DNA of 64,000 bases from a bacterium (GTDB lineage: Bacteria > Patescibacteriota > Patescibacteriia > Patescibacteriales > UBA12465): assembly GCA_030696105.1 (NCBI GenBank), contig JAUYNJ010000004.1:77872-141871 (forward strand). The letters are read 5' to 3'. Below, one piece after another: positions 19,764 to 29,686 of the stretch. Numbering within the stretch: position 1 is the first letter of the stretch; every line of letters starts with the position of its first letter. The translations under genes and the position numbers were made by a program. A model generated the notes under the pieces. It was not told where the DNA came from. It searched no databases and saw only the letters and a list, made by a program, of their open reading frames with translations.

Positions 19764-20100
19764 TTACAAAAATTTAGCCCATTGATTTAAAACTTGATAA
19801 ATTTCATAAAAGTGTTCTTCTACTCTGAAAGTATGAGGAGCATTTTTAATAACATGCATTTCCTTTTTACCTGGCAACAGATCGAATAATATTTGTTGAT
19901 GTTTAGGAGGCGTTGACGTATCTAATTCTCCAACAATTAAGATTGTGGGCATTATTAATTTATCAACCTTTTTTAACAAATCATATTTTAACCTATCTTC
20001 CATTTCTTGCCATTTGATAGTTTTTTTAATACCACTACTATAACCCATAGTAGTTCGCCAACCAGTTTTTTTCCAGTCTTCTAGCTCTTCTTTAGTATAT
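19764..20100 (-). pseudogene. C-terminal remnant of an alpha/beta hydrolase
   Basis: PTILIVGELD..TP and NAPHTF (Asp/His) retained; frame is open upstream (YTKEELEDWKKTGW) but there is no GxSxG or N-terminal half. Confidence 0.75.
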
Positions 20101-20166
20101 GTAGTTCACCGAAATACCAATTAAAAAGCCCTTACAATGGCAAGGGCTAGAGAGAGGCTTACGATT

Positions 20167-20895
20167 CTATATTTGCGCAAGGTTTTCTGAAAGTTGTTTA
20201 ATCTTGAGATTGTCTGCAATCTCTTCATTTAACTTCTTTCTTTTGTACTTAACATACTCTTGCACATATTTCTCGCTCCAGGTCTCTTTGTCTACTGAAA
20301 TTGGGGCATAGAAATTTAGCTTAATATAAGTATGTTCTTCATTCTTACCTTCAGGATACACCTCCGGGAATACAATGGTAGCGTCGATGGTCTTTGTAAC
20401 CAAAGAATAAGCTCCTGTAGTCGAAGTGAGTATTTCTAGCACAATGTGAAGTAACGACCAGAAAATCGTTATCAGCACTAAAGTGTGGTTGAAGAGAACC
20501 CCGGAGAATGTTTCCCACATTCCTAGTATCCAAACCAGGCAGATAACAAGACCTCTAAATAGTGATAAATCTGTGCCATTATCTTCTTTTTCGGTCTCAG
20601 GATCTGCGGACTCAATGTCCATGTTGATATCTGCCCCGTACTTGGTCGGGTAGTAAACGGCACCAAAATAGAAATGAGCCGCGTAAACACAGGCGGTCAT
20701 TAGGAACGCGAAGCCTGGTGAGGGCCACAACTCCCTATTAATTAATGCCACCAGAGATCGGCCATTGCTGGCATACTCATTTGGATGAAGCAGCCAGAAG
20801 TAAACCCAGACGAAAATGAATGCTAAGGATATAACCAGGTATATCACTGAATAATTTTGCCTGCGATTAAGCTTGGCTGAATGTTCTTTGTCCAT
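20167..20895 (-). CDS. Orphan membrane protein
   Basis: 4 TM segments; start at MDKEH after a structured leader. Confidence 0.7.
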   Translation of the reverse strand: MDKEHSAKLNRRQNYSVIYLVISLAFIFVWVYFWLLHPNEYASNGRSLVALINRELWPSPGFAFLMTACVYAAHFYFGAVYYPTKYGADINMDIESADPETEKEDNGTDLSLFRGLVICLVWILGMWETFSGVLFNHTLVLITIFWSLLHIVLEILTSTTGAYSLVTKTIDATIVFPEVYPEGKNEEHTYIKLNFYAPISVDKETWSEKYVQEYVKYKRKKLNEEIADNLKIKQLSENLAQI

Positions 20896-21048
20896 CTTTG
20901 TTTTTTTTGTTTGCTGTTTTTTTGAAAAATTGGATTGATTGCTAAACCTACCTATTAGTAGACTTGGCAATCAATCCAAGAAACAGTACTTGTAAATGAA
21001 CAACAACCATCATTTGTATCATAGTATAAGCATTTTGTCAAGCTATTT

Positions 21049-21150
21049 GAGGGTCCATTCAAACTCGAAGTGCAACGCCCGGTGAAGGATCTAAACCTTA
21101 ACGACGGTATACAAAAAGACCCAATATATATGGGCCTTTTATCTTGGCTC
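21049..21150. repeat. ~100-bp direct repeat of the tRNA-Asn trailer including the last 6 nt of the tRNA
   Basis: Aligns end to end with 22537-22636 (GAAGTGCAAC, GGTATACAAAAAGACCCAATA, ATGGGCCTT, TCTTGGCTC). Confidence 0.9.
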
Positions 21151-21246
21151 TGCGGATTATGTTTACCGAACATTATAATATACCCCATTATTAGAATTAG
21201 CTTAATTAAATCAAAAGGATTGCTGCTTTGAGCAATCCGGTCTTTT

Positions 21247-21504
21247 TTACTTCTTAAGGAGTTGATTTTTTTGTTTAAGCACCCCAGCTATTACACCATC
21301 CGGATCGTCTCCTTTAAGGCCAGCTAACCTTCTTCTGTATCTTAATGCTCTAACGATGGCAACGTGGTTTTGGGGAATATTAGAGTTATTATGCGCTAAA
21401 TTTATTACTTCAGAATAGTTTATCACCAATCTCATTCGCTATTGTTTTTGAAAAAAGGGAAATCTTTGTGACTTCCCTATAATATTGTCATTTCTAAATT
21501 TCAT
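21247..21504 (-). pseudogene. Interrupted paralog of 21494-21760
   Basis: IPQNHVAIVRAL..RR..GL versus IPKNHDAIIRAI..RK..GL; in-frame TAG at 21439-21441. Confidence 0.65.
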
Positions 21505-21760
21505 CTTTGCAAGGATTCTCGTATTTTTCCTTTGCCATTTCTTTCTGTGTACGCAAGTGATTGATAACACTAACAGCCCGGGACAGTCCCAGCTCTTTTC
21601 TTTTTTTGTTAATTGCTCTAATAATAGCATCGTGATTTTTTGGTATTATCGTAATCCCAACTAAGGCAAACAATGTCGGGAAATCACACTCAGATGAACC
21701 GTTAATTGCCTCCACTATTGTTTCGTGAAATGGCCGAATTTCTGTTACATTTTTTTTCAT
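21494..21760 (-). CDS. Orphan hypothetical protein
   Basis: 88 aa, RPFHETIV...IPKNHD; own promoter. Confidence 0.75.
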   Translation of the reverse strand: MKKNVTEIRPFHETIVEAINGSSECDFPTLFALVGITIIPKNHDAIIRAINKKRKELGLSRAVSVINHLRTQKEMAKEKYENPCKDEI

Positions 21761-21778
21761 CTCTATTTAATTTTAAAA

Positions 21779-21837
21779 GTTCAACAATACAATTTTAACT
21801 ATCAAAAAAGCATACCATACAGCATACTTTTTGTCAA
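21779..21837 (-). promoter_or_regulatory. Sigma70 promoter/leader module, copy 1
   Basis: TTGACA-17-TATGCT with extended TG; near-identical to 22473-22529. Confidence 0.8.
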
Positions 21838-22041
21838 GCTCCCCGAACTGAAGCTTATTAGAACCTGTTTGGTGAATAATTAATATATCTAACCTACCAA
21901 CCAACTCGCTATTTATTTAATAATAAAAAGCCCCAACAATAACATTTAAAGTTACCGCTGGGGTTAAAACAAATTTTATTACAACTTCTGAATAAAAAAA
22001 CACCAATGAAATTTGGTGCTGACTGGCATTAAAGCCTCTTT

Positions 22042-22455
22042 CTATTCAAAAAGTTCTTTTAAATCATCCGGATAGAAGGAAACGGAAAGTTTTCTCTGAA
22101 CACCTACAAGCTTCCATAGACAATATATTTTTGTAATATCATCCATTGTTTGATTGTGAATCCTCTTTCTCTCCTTAACAAAGAAATCAGCAATACCTCT
22201 ACCACCCTCTCCGAATGTTTTTACTTCAATTTCCGGATCTATAATTTTCTGTTCAAATATTTCTTCGAAATATTTTTTAAAAATTACCTCACCTGCATTT
22301 AAATATATGCTATAGGCAAGACAAATTTCGTTATAGATTTGGAAAAAGTCTTTTTCGGATGCTTTATTTAGAATTTGCTCGATACTCCCCTCCCATCTCC
22401 AGGGATTATTCACAGTTAAATAACCCAATTTCCTTATGTCTTCTAATTTTTCCAT
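22042..22455 (-). CDS. Orphan hypothetical protein
   Basis: 137-aa ORF with own promoter and terminator. Confidence 0.7.
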   Translation of the reverse strand: MEKLEDIRKLGYLTVNNPWRWEGSIEQILNKASEKDFFQIYNEICLAYSIYLNAGEVIFKKYFEEIFEQKIIDPEIEVKTFGEGGRGIADFFVKERKRIHNQTMDDITKIYCLWKLVGVQRKLSVSFYPDDLKELFE

Positions 22456-22472
22456 TGTTTTCTTTTTTCAAT

Positions 22473-22529
22473 GTTCAACAATAATTTAACTAATCAAAAA
22501 AATATATCATAAGATATACTTTTTGTCAA
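22473..22529 (-). promoter_or_regulatory. Sigma70 promoter/leader module, copy 2
   Basis: TTGACA-17-TATATT with extended TG. Confidence 0.8.
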
Positions 22530-22536
22530 TCTCCAC

Positions 22537-22636
22537 GAGGGCACATTCAACCTAGAAGTGCAACACCATCATGAGGCTCTAACCCTCATCGAGGGTATAC
22601 AAAAAGACCCAATAAATGGGCCTTATGTCTTGGCTC
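22537..22636. repeat. tRNA-Asn trailer repeat (tRNA-proximal copy), includes the tRNA terminator
   Basis: Aligns with 21049-21150. Confidence 0.9.
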
Positions 22637-22705
22637 CCAGGGTGGGATTCGAACCCACGACCAATTGGTTAACAGCCAACTGCGCTACCGCTGCGCTACC
22701 TGGGA
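22631..22705 (-). tRNA. trnN: tRNA-Asn(GTT), CCA encoded
   Basis: TCCCAGG/CCTGGGA acceptor stem, TTGGCTGTTAACCAA anticodon arm, GTGGGTTCGAATCCCAC T-arm, GCCA end. Confidence 0.97.
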
Positions 22706-22945
22706 ATATTAAATTTTACTAACTGCGCTACCTCCCCTCCGCCTACTGGCGGACGGCGGAGAATATTCAATTGTAATTTTGAAAAGGCGTGTCCTTTCCA
22801 AAAAAATAAAATATTTCATTGAAATATTTACTAATATCATATCAGATTAGTGCGTTATGTCAACCCTGAGAAAAAGTGGTCAAAACAGGAAAAAAGAGCC
22901 TATTACAGCTCTTTTTTTGCTAATAGATAATAAAGTAATTGTACC

Positions 22946-23314
22946 CTATACGCCATTCCTCCGAGCATTCTTTCGAGCAGACAGACTTAGATATAGGCCA
23001 GGAATTTGCTGTGGAGCCAGGAATTCAGTATAGCCGACATTACCTAGAGCCATCAACTCAGTAAACTCCGGAATAGCCCATAGGACCTCTTCCGGCTCTG
23101 CGACCAAGAGAACAATGACTTTTCTTGGATCCTCCGCGAAATCACGGGCAATTTTTAAGCCAATTCTGTCGGTAAATAGTTGTCCATCGTTTTCAATGGT
23201 ATTTACATCAACAATGACTAGGTTTTCATAATTCAATGACGCGGACCCCACACGGTTTTCAAGAAACATCGAAATGTTTTTGCCGTATTTACCACCGATA
23301 ATTTTTGCTTTCAT
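22946..23314 (-). CDS. Orphan hypothetical protein (possibly receiver-like alpha/beta)
   Basis: TTGACC-17-TATAAT promoter, AAGGGG RBS. Confidence 0.7.
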   Translation of the reverse strand: MKAKIIGGKYGKNISMFLENRVGSASLNYENLVIVDVNTIENDGQLFTDRIGLKIARDFAEDPRKVIVLLVAEPEEVLWAIPEFTELMALGNVGYTEFLAPQQIPGLYLSLSARKNARRNGV

Positions 23315-23387
23315 ATTTTTTCCCCTTTTTTAAAATGAACGGATGAGAAATTATAGCATTTTTTTTGCCGCGGGTCAATGCTGAATA

Positions 23388-23418
23388 TAAAAAAACGGAG
23401 CCATTTGGCCCCGTTTTC
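23388..23418 (-). terminator. rpoD terminator
   Basis: AAAACGGGGCC-AAAT-GGCTCCGTTTTTTT. Confidence 0.8.
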
Positions 23419-23425
23419 GCTTATT

Positions 23426-24751
<1,326 letters not shown>

Positions 24752-24759
24752 AGTTATAT

Positions 24760-26562
24760 TTAAAGACTCTGCAGCGCATTGAGCTGCTCGGTCAAGTTTT
24801 TCATTTCTGTCATCAGGATATCCATCCCCTCGTCGCCACTCGCCTCTGAAGATGCAATCTTATCCTGTAAAAGTTTAATACGCCGCTTCAGAGAGAATTT
24901 TTTCATTTCAACGAGAATTTTAGTAACTTCGGACTTTATCTGATTATCATCGTAATTATAGTAGTCTTTCTCTCCCAATAAGGCTAGCCTGTCAATCATT
25001 GAGACGGTCCCATCGGCCTGTTCTTGCAAATATAAACGAAAAGCATCATAGTCAAGATGGGCAAACTTATTATAATAGATAATCAGGTTTCTGTAAAACT
25101 TCTGCCTGCTCTCTTCTTCAAGGTCTTCGGGCTCTAGATGCGAGGATGCGTAGTGAATAAAGTCAGGAGACTTGAGTAAAAGGGCGAGTAAAATCTCAAC
25201 CAATCTATCCTCACGACTCAAACTTTCAACCGGCAACTCCTTTGGCTCGGCTTTCACTGCCTGTCTGATGGGCGCCTTATCCGTCTTCGTCGGGATGACA
25301 CTCTCACGCAAAGCCTGCTCATTTATACCGACACTTTCCGCTAAACGCTGAAACCAATAGTCCTGATCAATTTTATTTGCGAGCTTGGAAATCATGGCAA
25401 GCATTAACTTTGACACTTCTTTCTTGTCACTTAACTTGCGCAAATCTTTATCCGCCTTTACTTTGGCAAAATAATACTCCATCATCGGCTGCGAATTCAT
25501 TAAGGCTTGTTTGAAATCCTCCGGGTTCGCACGCAAGCAATCATCGGGGTCCTTATACTGTTTTGGTAAGACGATTATTTTAATATTTATATCTAACGCC
25601 ATCGCTTCGTGTATACCTCTGTCCGCGGCTAGTTGTCCAGCCTGATCCATATCAAACGAAAGAGCAATATTATTACTAAAGCGCTTAATTAGTCGCAACT
25701 GTTCGGCGGTGAGAGCGGTTCCTGATGAAGCAACGGTATTAGTGAAGCCGTGTTGATGGCAAGCAATAGCGTCCATTTGTCCTTCAACGACAATAGCGAA
25801 GTCTCTTTCCTTAATTGCCTTCTTCGAGCGATCAAGAGCAAACAAAACCCGACTTTTGTCATAGGCTTCGGTTTGTGGACTGTTAATGTATTTTCCGCCC
25901 GGCGTGGTCTCGGCCTTATCAGGATTAATACGGGCAGTGAAAGCAATTACAGCACCGTTTGCATCGCGAATAGGAAAGACGATGCGATCACGAAAACGAT
26001 CATAGACGCTTCCCCTCTCTCCGCGACCAGCGAGGCCAGCGGCAAATATTTCATCTTCTTTAAAACCCTTGGCTTTCAAGGCGGTGGTTAAGGCGCCCCA
26101 ACTTTCGGGGCCATAGCCAACCTGCCAGTCTTTAATTGTCTTTTCACTTAAGCCGCGCTTAAGCAAATACGCCTTCATTTTCTTGCCGTTTTCTTCGCTC
26201 TCTAACCAAGACTGATATTGTTCACTCGCCGCTTGCAGGCAATCAAGTATACGCGCGCGACGGGAATACTCTTCCTTATTTTCTTGTTTTAAAACCACAC
26301 CCGCTTTCGGGGCGAGCAGGCGCAAGGTGTCTGGAAAACTAAGGCCTTCCATCTCTTGCACAAAAGAAAGCACGTCGCCCCCTTTGCCACAACCAAAACA
26401 GTGCCAAATCTGCTTATCCGGAGATATCACAAAAGACGGGGACTTTTCCCGATGAAAAGGACAGAGTGCTTGAAAATTAGCACCAGCGGCCTTGACCTGA
26501 ATATATTCGCGGAGCACTTCCACGATATCCAGTTTTGATTTTATCTCTTCGGCAGAAGACAT
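24760..26562 (-). CDS. dnaG: DNA primase
   Basis: CPFH.EKSPSF..CFGC zinc finger, KYINSP, VEG.MD Toprim. Confidence 0.97.
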   Translation of the reverse strand: MSSAEEIKSKLDIVEVLREYIQVKAAGANFQALCPFHREKSPSFVISPDKQIWHCFGCGKGGDVLSFVQEMEGLSFPDTLRLLAPKAGVVLKQENKEEYSRRARILDCLQAASEQYQSWLESEENGKKMKAYLLKRGLSEKTIKDWQVGYGPESWGALTTALKAKGFKEDEIFAAGLAGRGERGSVYDRFRDRIVFPIRDANGAVIAFTARINPDKAETTPGGKYINSPQTEAYDKSRVLFALDRSKKAIKERDFAIVVEGQMDAIACHQHGFTNTVASSGTALTAEQLRLIKRFSNNIALSFDMDQAGQLAADRGIHEAMALDINIKIIVLPKQYKDPDDCLRANPEDFKQALMNSQPMMEYYFAKVKADKDLRKLSDKKEVSKLMLAMISKLANKIDQDYWFQRLAESVGINEQALRESVIPTKTDKAPIRQAVKAEPKELPVESLSREDRLVEILLALLLKSPDFIHYASSHLEPEDLEEESRQKFYRNLIIYYNKFAHLDYDAFRLYLQEQADGTVSMIDRLALLGEKDYYNYDDNQIKSEVTKILVEMKKFSLKRRIKLLQDKIASSEASGDEGMDILMTEMKNLTEQLNALQSL

Positions 26563-26565
26563 AAT

Positions 26566-27036
26566 TTATGAAAATAATTTTTGCCACCAAGATTTTTCCT
26601 GATGTGGCGCTCGCTCCCCTAACTTGTGTGGTTGCAAAGTATGCAGTACATCTTGCTCGGTGTTCACGCTCGCTGGTGCAGGCGCGGATGTGCGCCCTGT
26701 TGACGCCCCAGTGCTCACTGTTGATGCTGGCTGTAAATATGATTGCAGGCGTGCCACTTCGCCTTCAACCAGCTCGCCTTCATACTCACCACTGTGACGA
26801 GATTGTCCTTCGTAGCTCGCTTTTTTTTGATCAAGGTGAAGATTGAAAAATAATTCATCAGTTCCCGATATTTCCTGCACGTAGAGATGAAAGCGCGGAT
26901 AAAAATCACCACCGAGGCGACGAACAAAACTATCCTGTCCACTACTGCGGTCGGTGATAAAAGTATAGCCGACCCGTCGCAGCCATTGCGCTGCCGGTGC
27001 TCCTCCCATTTGATTTTTGTGCAATTTAAGTTTCAT
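26566..27036 (-). CDS. Conserved hypothetical protein
   Basis: SFVRRLG..FYPRFHLY..LHLDQK..SY....HSGEY. Confidence 0.8.
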   Translation of the reverse strand: MKLKLHKNQMGGAPAAQWLRRVGYTFITDRSSGQDSFVRRLGGDFYPRFHLYVQEISGTDELFFNLHLDQKKASYEGQSRHSGEYEGELVEGEVARLQSYLQPASTVSTGASTGRTSAPAPASVNTEQDVLHTLQPHKLGERAPHQEKSWWQKLFS

Positions 27037-27499
27037 TTGCAGTTTTACGAAATATAATAAAGCGATAGTTGAAATAATTAACGAACCCTAGGAACAAGTT
27101 AACAATTATTTGCGAGAGTAGATACCAGATGCCTAAATTATTGACGAGCATGTGCATGGCCCAACCGTTAACATACATCGCAATAAAAGCGGAACCAAAA
27201 TACATAAATAATTGTCGAGGCAAACGAGCCTGGGAATAGTTACGGAAAGTCCAGAGCTTTTGTAGGCCGAAGCTAACGGCAAAGCAACAAAGGAAAGCGG
27301 CAGAAGTCGCGACAACGATGTCCCATTTAAAAATACCGTGAAAGATATAAAGGGCAAACAAATCAACTGCCCCCGCCAAGCCACCAGAAAGGAAAAACTT
27401 AATAACTGATTTTCTGGCCTCGCAAAAATTAAACAAGCCCGGATGACACGTTAACAAAAAACGGCGAAAACGAATATATAATCTGTTTATAACTGGCAT
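27026..27499 (-). CDS. GtrA family membrane protein
   Basis: 4 TM; KFFLSGG..VD and QKLWTF. Confidence 0.88.
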   Translation of the reverse strand: MPVINRLYIRFRRFLLTCHPGLFNFCEARKSVIKFFLSGGLAGAVDLFALYIFHGIFKWDIVVATSAAFLCCFAVSFGLQKLWTFRNYSQARLPRQLFMYFGSAFIAMYVNGWAMHMLVNNLGIWYLLSQIIVNLFLGFVNYFNYRFIIFRKTANET

Positions 27500-27502
27500 A
27501 GG

Positions 27503-28411
27503 TTACCACTGACAATAATTAAAGGCCCAAGAGGCAAGGGTTCGAGCTTGCTGGAAGCGTTCATTCTTCCCGCCGCTATCAAGCACGACCACGATGACGC
27601 TGCGTCCACTAACATCACGGAAGCGACCGACAAAGCAATAGCCGGCGCTTTCAGTATAACCGGTCTTGCCGCCCACCGCCTGCATACCACTCACAGCATC
27701 AGTTTCAAGCAACCAATCGGTTGACTCGAGTTTCTTCGCCCTGCCCTCTTGCGTCACAAATTCATATGAGGGTTTGCCAACGGCAGCTGCGATATCAGGA
27801 GTATCAAGCGCCGCCTTGGCGAGACGAGCAACGTCTTTTGCGTTCGATAGATTATCGTTATTTAAACCGACCGGATCAGAGAAAGAGCTGTGCATTAAAC
27901 CGAGAGCTTTCGCTTTAATATTCATCGCAACGACGAACTCGGCATCACTTAAACCAGTAGAACGAGCGAGCGCAAGCGTAGCACCGTTATCGGAAGCAAC
28001 CAAACTAGAGTTAAATAAATCTTTAATGGTAACGGTATCGCCCGTAAAAAGATTTACCTTCCCGCCCTCAACTAAATCGTCGCGACTGATGGTATAGGTT
28101 TTCTCCCAACCAGGGTTCTTATCTAAAAATACTAAAGCGGTCATTAATTTTGTGATACTGGCGATTGGTTGTTGCCGGTCAGCGGACTTTTCCTCTAGCC
28201 AAACGTGCCCATCATCGGTTAACACGGCCACGCTTTTCGCATTAACGGTCGGCGCATCTTCAACTTGCAACTTATCCCCATTTTCAGGCAGACGTTCCGT
28301 CACACAAGCTTCAGTGCCGCGCCAAGGACCACTGGCATAGAATACCGCACTTTCAGCGGGCGTCCATATAGAAAGCAGAACGGCGATGATGTTAGCTAAC
28401 ACACTTAACAT
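27503..28411 (-). CDS. Peptidase S11 D-Ala-D-Ala carboxypeptidase/endopeptidase
   Basis: SITK, SDN and KTG penicillin-binding motifs. Confidence 0.92.
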   Translation of the reverse strand: MLSVLANIIAVLLSIWTPAESAVFYASGPWRGTEACVTERLPENGDKLQVEDAPTVNAKSVAVLTDDGHVWLEEKSADRQQPIASITKLMTALVFLDKNPGWEKTYTISRDDLVEGGKVNLFTGDTVTIKDLFNSSLVASDNGATLALARSTGLSDAEFVVAMNIKAKALGLMHSSFSDPVGLNNDNLSNAKDVARLAKAALDTPDIAAAVGKPSYEFVTQEGRAKKLESTDWLLETDAVSGMQAVGGKTGYTESAGYCFVGRFRDVSGRSVIVVVLDSGGKNERFQQARTLASWAFNYCQW

Positions 28412-28956
28412 GATTTTTCCTCCTCCGCCAGCAGGACATCCAAAGTTTCCGGCTGATGCAGGCGCTCGTAATCTGGCAATTCATTGACGCTGCCAAGCCC
28501 TAAGAAACGAACAAAATCTAAAGTCACTTGATAATAGTTTTCATTCTTTTGCTTATCAAAAATTTCTTCAATTAAACCACGCAAAAGTAGATTGCGAATA
28601 ATGAGGCTGCAGTTAACACCGCGAATACGTTCAAGCTCAACTTTTGCAACTGGGCCGCGATAGGCAATGATGGTGAGAGCCTCAAGACTTGGCTGTGATA
28701 GTTCCCCGCTCGCCTCACTCTTTAAAAAATCTTTCACGAGACCGGAATGTTCACCAGCACTAACTAGCTGATAGTTATTTGCAGCAGCAACCAAACGGAA
28801 ACCGCGCTCAGAACTTTCGTAATCAGCAGCCAGCTCCTTTAAAGCCGACTCGGCCTCGGCCGTTTTTACGCCAGCAGCTACACTCAACTCTTTCAAACTC
28901 ACCGGCTTATTGGCGACGAGCAAGAGGGCTTCAAGTTGGGATGTTAATTGGGACAT
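28405..28956 (-). CDS. scpB: SMC-Scp complex subunit ScpB
   Basis: LS..SLEALTIIAYRGPV..IRGVN. Confidence 0.95.
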   Translation of the reverse strand: MSQLTSQLEALLLVANKPVSLKELSVAAGVKTAEAESALKELAADYESSERGFRLVAAANNYQLVSAGEHSGLVKDFLKSEASGELSQPSLEALTIIAYRGPVAKVELERIRGVNCSLIIRNLLLRGLIEEIFDKQKNENYYQVTLDFVRFLGLGSVNELPDYERLHQPETLDVLLAEEEKSC

Positions 28957-28966
28957 AGGTATGTAA

Positions 28967-29683
28967 CTAAATTTTCAACACTTTTATTTCACTGAATAAT
29001 TCTTCTTGTTCAAAAACGAGCTCACGCTGCTTCGCCAACTCGAGTACAGCCAGGATATTTACAATCACTTCAACCTTGCTTTGTGCCTTTTCGAGGAAGC
29101 GCTGGAAGCTTAACGACAGCTGCTCGGCAAGCAGTGAACGAATGTGAATAATACGCTCGTCAATACTCACTTTAGCCTCTAAAACGACCTCAGGGAGCTT
29201 TTTCTCGCGTTTGGTCACTCGTAGCAGGATTTGGCGCCAAAGTGCCTCCATATCCCCTTTTTTGAGCTTAGCGGGAGGATTAAAGACCGGTTCAGACGAT
29301 ACACCCCGTCGTCCACCTTTGACGAAGGCCGGAGCAAACATCATCTTGTCTCGGGCGATTAAAGCTGAGACTTTAAGGCTCGCTTCAATAAACTGCTTAT
29401 ACATTCTCAGCTGCTTTTCTAGGTCACCTAAATCCTCTTCTTCAGCCTCAATACTTAAATATGGTAACAGGGCTTTTGATTTGATGTAGAGCAAACGAGC
29501 AGCGATAACGAGAAAATCAGCAATCTCTTCCGGATCGATATTATCGGCACTTTCGACATAAGCCACGTATTGATCTGCGATCGTGGCTAAGGCAATTTCA
29601 GTTATATCCATTTCTTCGCTCTCGATAAGCTGTAATAATAAGCCGAGCGGTCCTTGGAATTTGTCGGTGCTAAAATCTATCAT
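28967..29683 (-). CDS. scpA: Segregation/condensation protein A (kleisin)
   Basis: FQGPLGLLLQLI, KSKALLP, LAVLEL. Confidence 0.95.
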   Translation of the reverse strand: MIDFSTDKFQGPLGLLLQLIESEEMDITEIALATIADQYVAYVESADNIDPEEIADFLVIAARLLYIKSKALLPYLSIEAEEEDLGDLEKQLRMYKQFIEASLKVSALIARDKMMFAPAFVKGGRRGVSSEPVFNPPAKLKKGDMEALWRQILLRVTKREKKLPEVVLEAKVSIDERIIHIRSLLAEQLSLSFQRFLEKAQSKVEVIVNILAVLELAKQRELVFEQEELFSEIKVLKI

Positions 29684-29686
29684 AAT

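Noticed and set aside
21439..21441. Stop-codon reassignment
   Set aside because: TAG ends core genes (rpsG, rpsN), TGA ends scpB, and RF2 is present; code 11 fits all core ORFs.
15000..22630. Classical integron (attC) or CRISPR explanation for the cassette array
   Set aside because: No repeated RYYYAAC...GTTRRRY attC palindromes, no intI, no regularly spaced identical repeats and no cas genes; the cassettes carry their own promoters.
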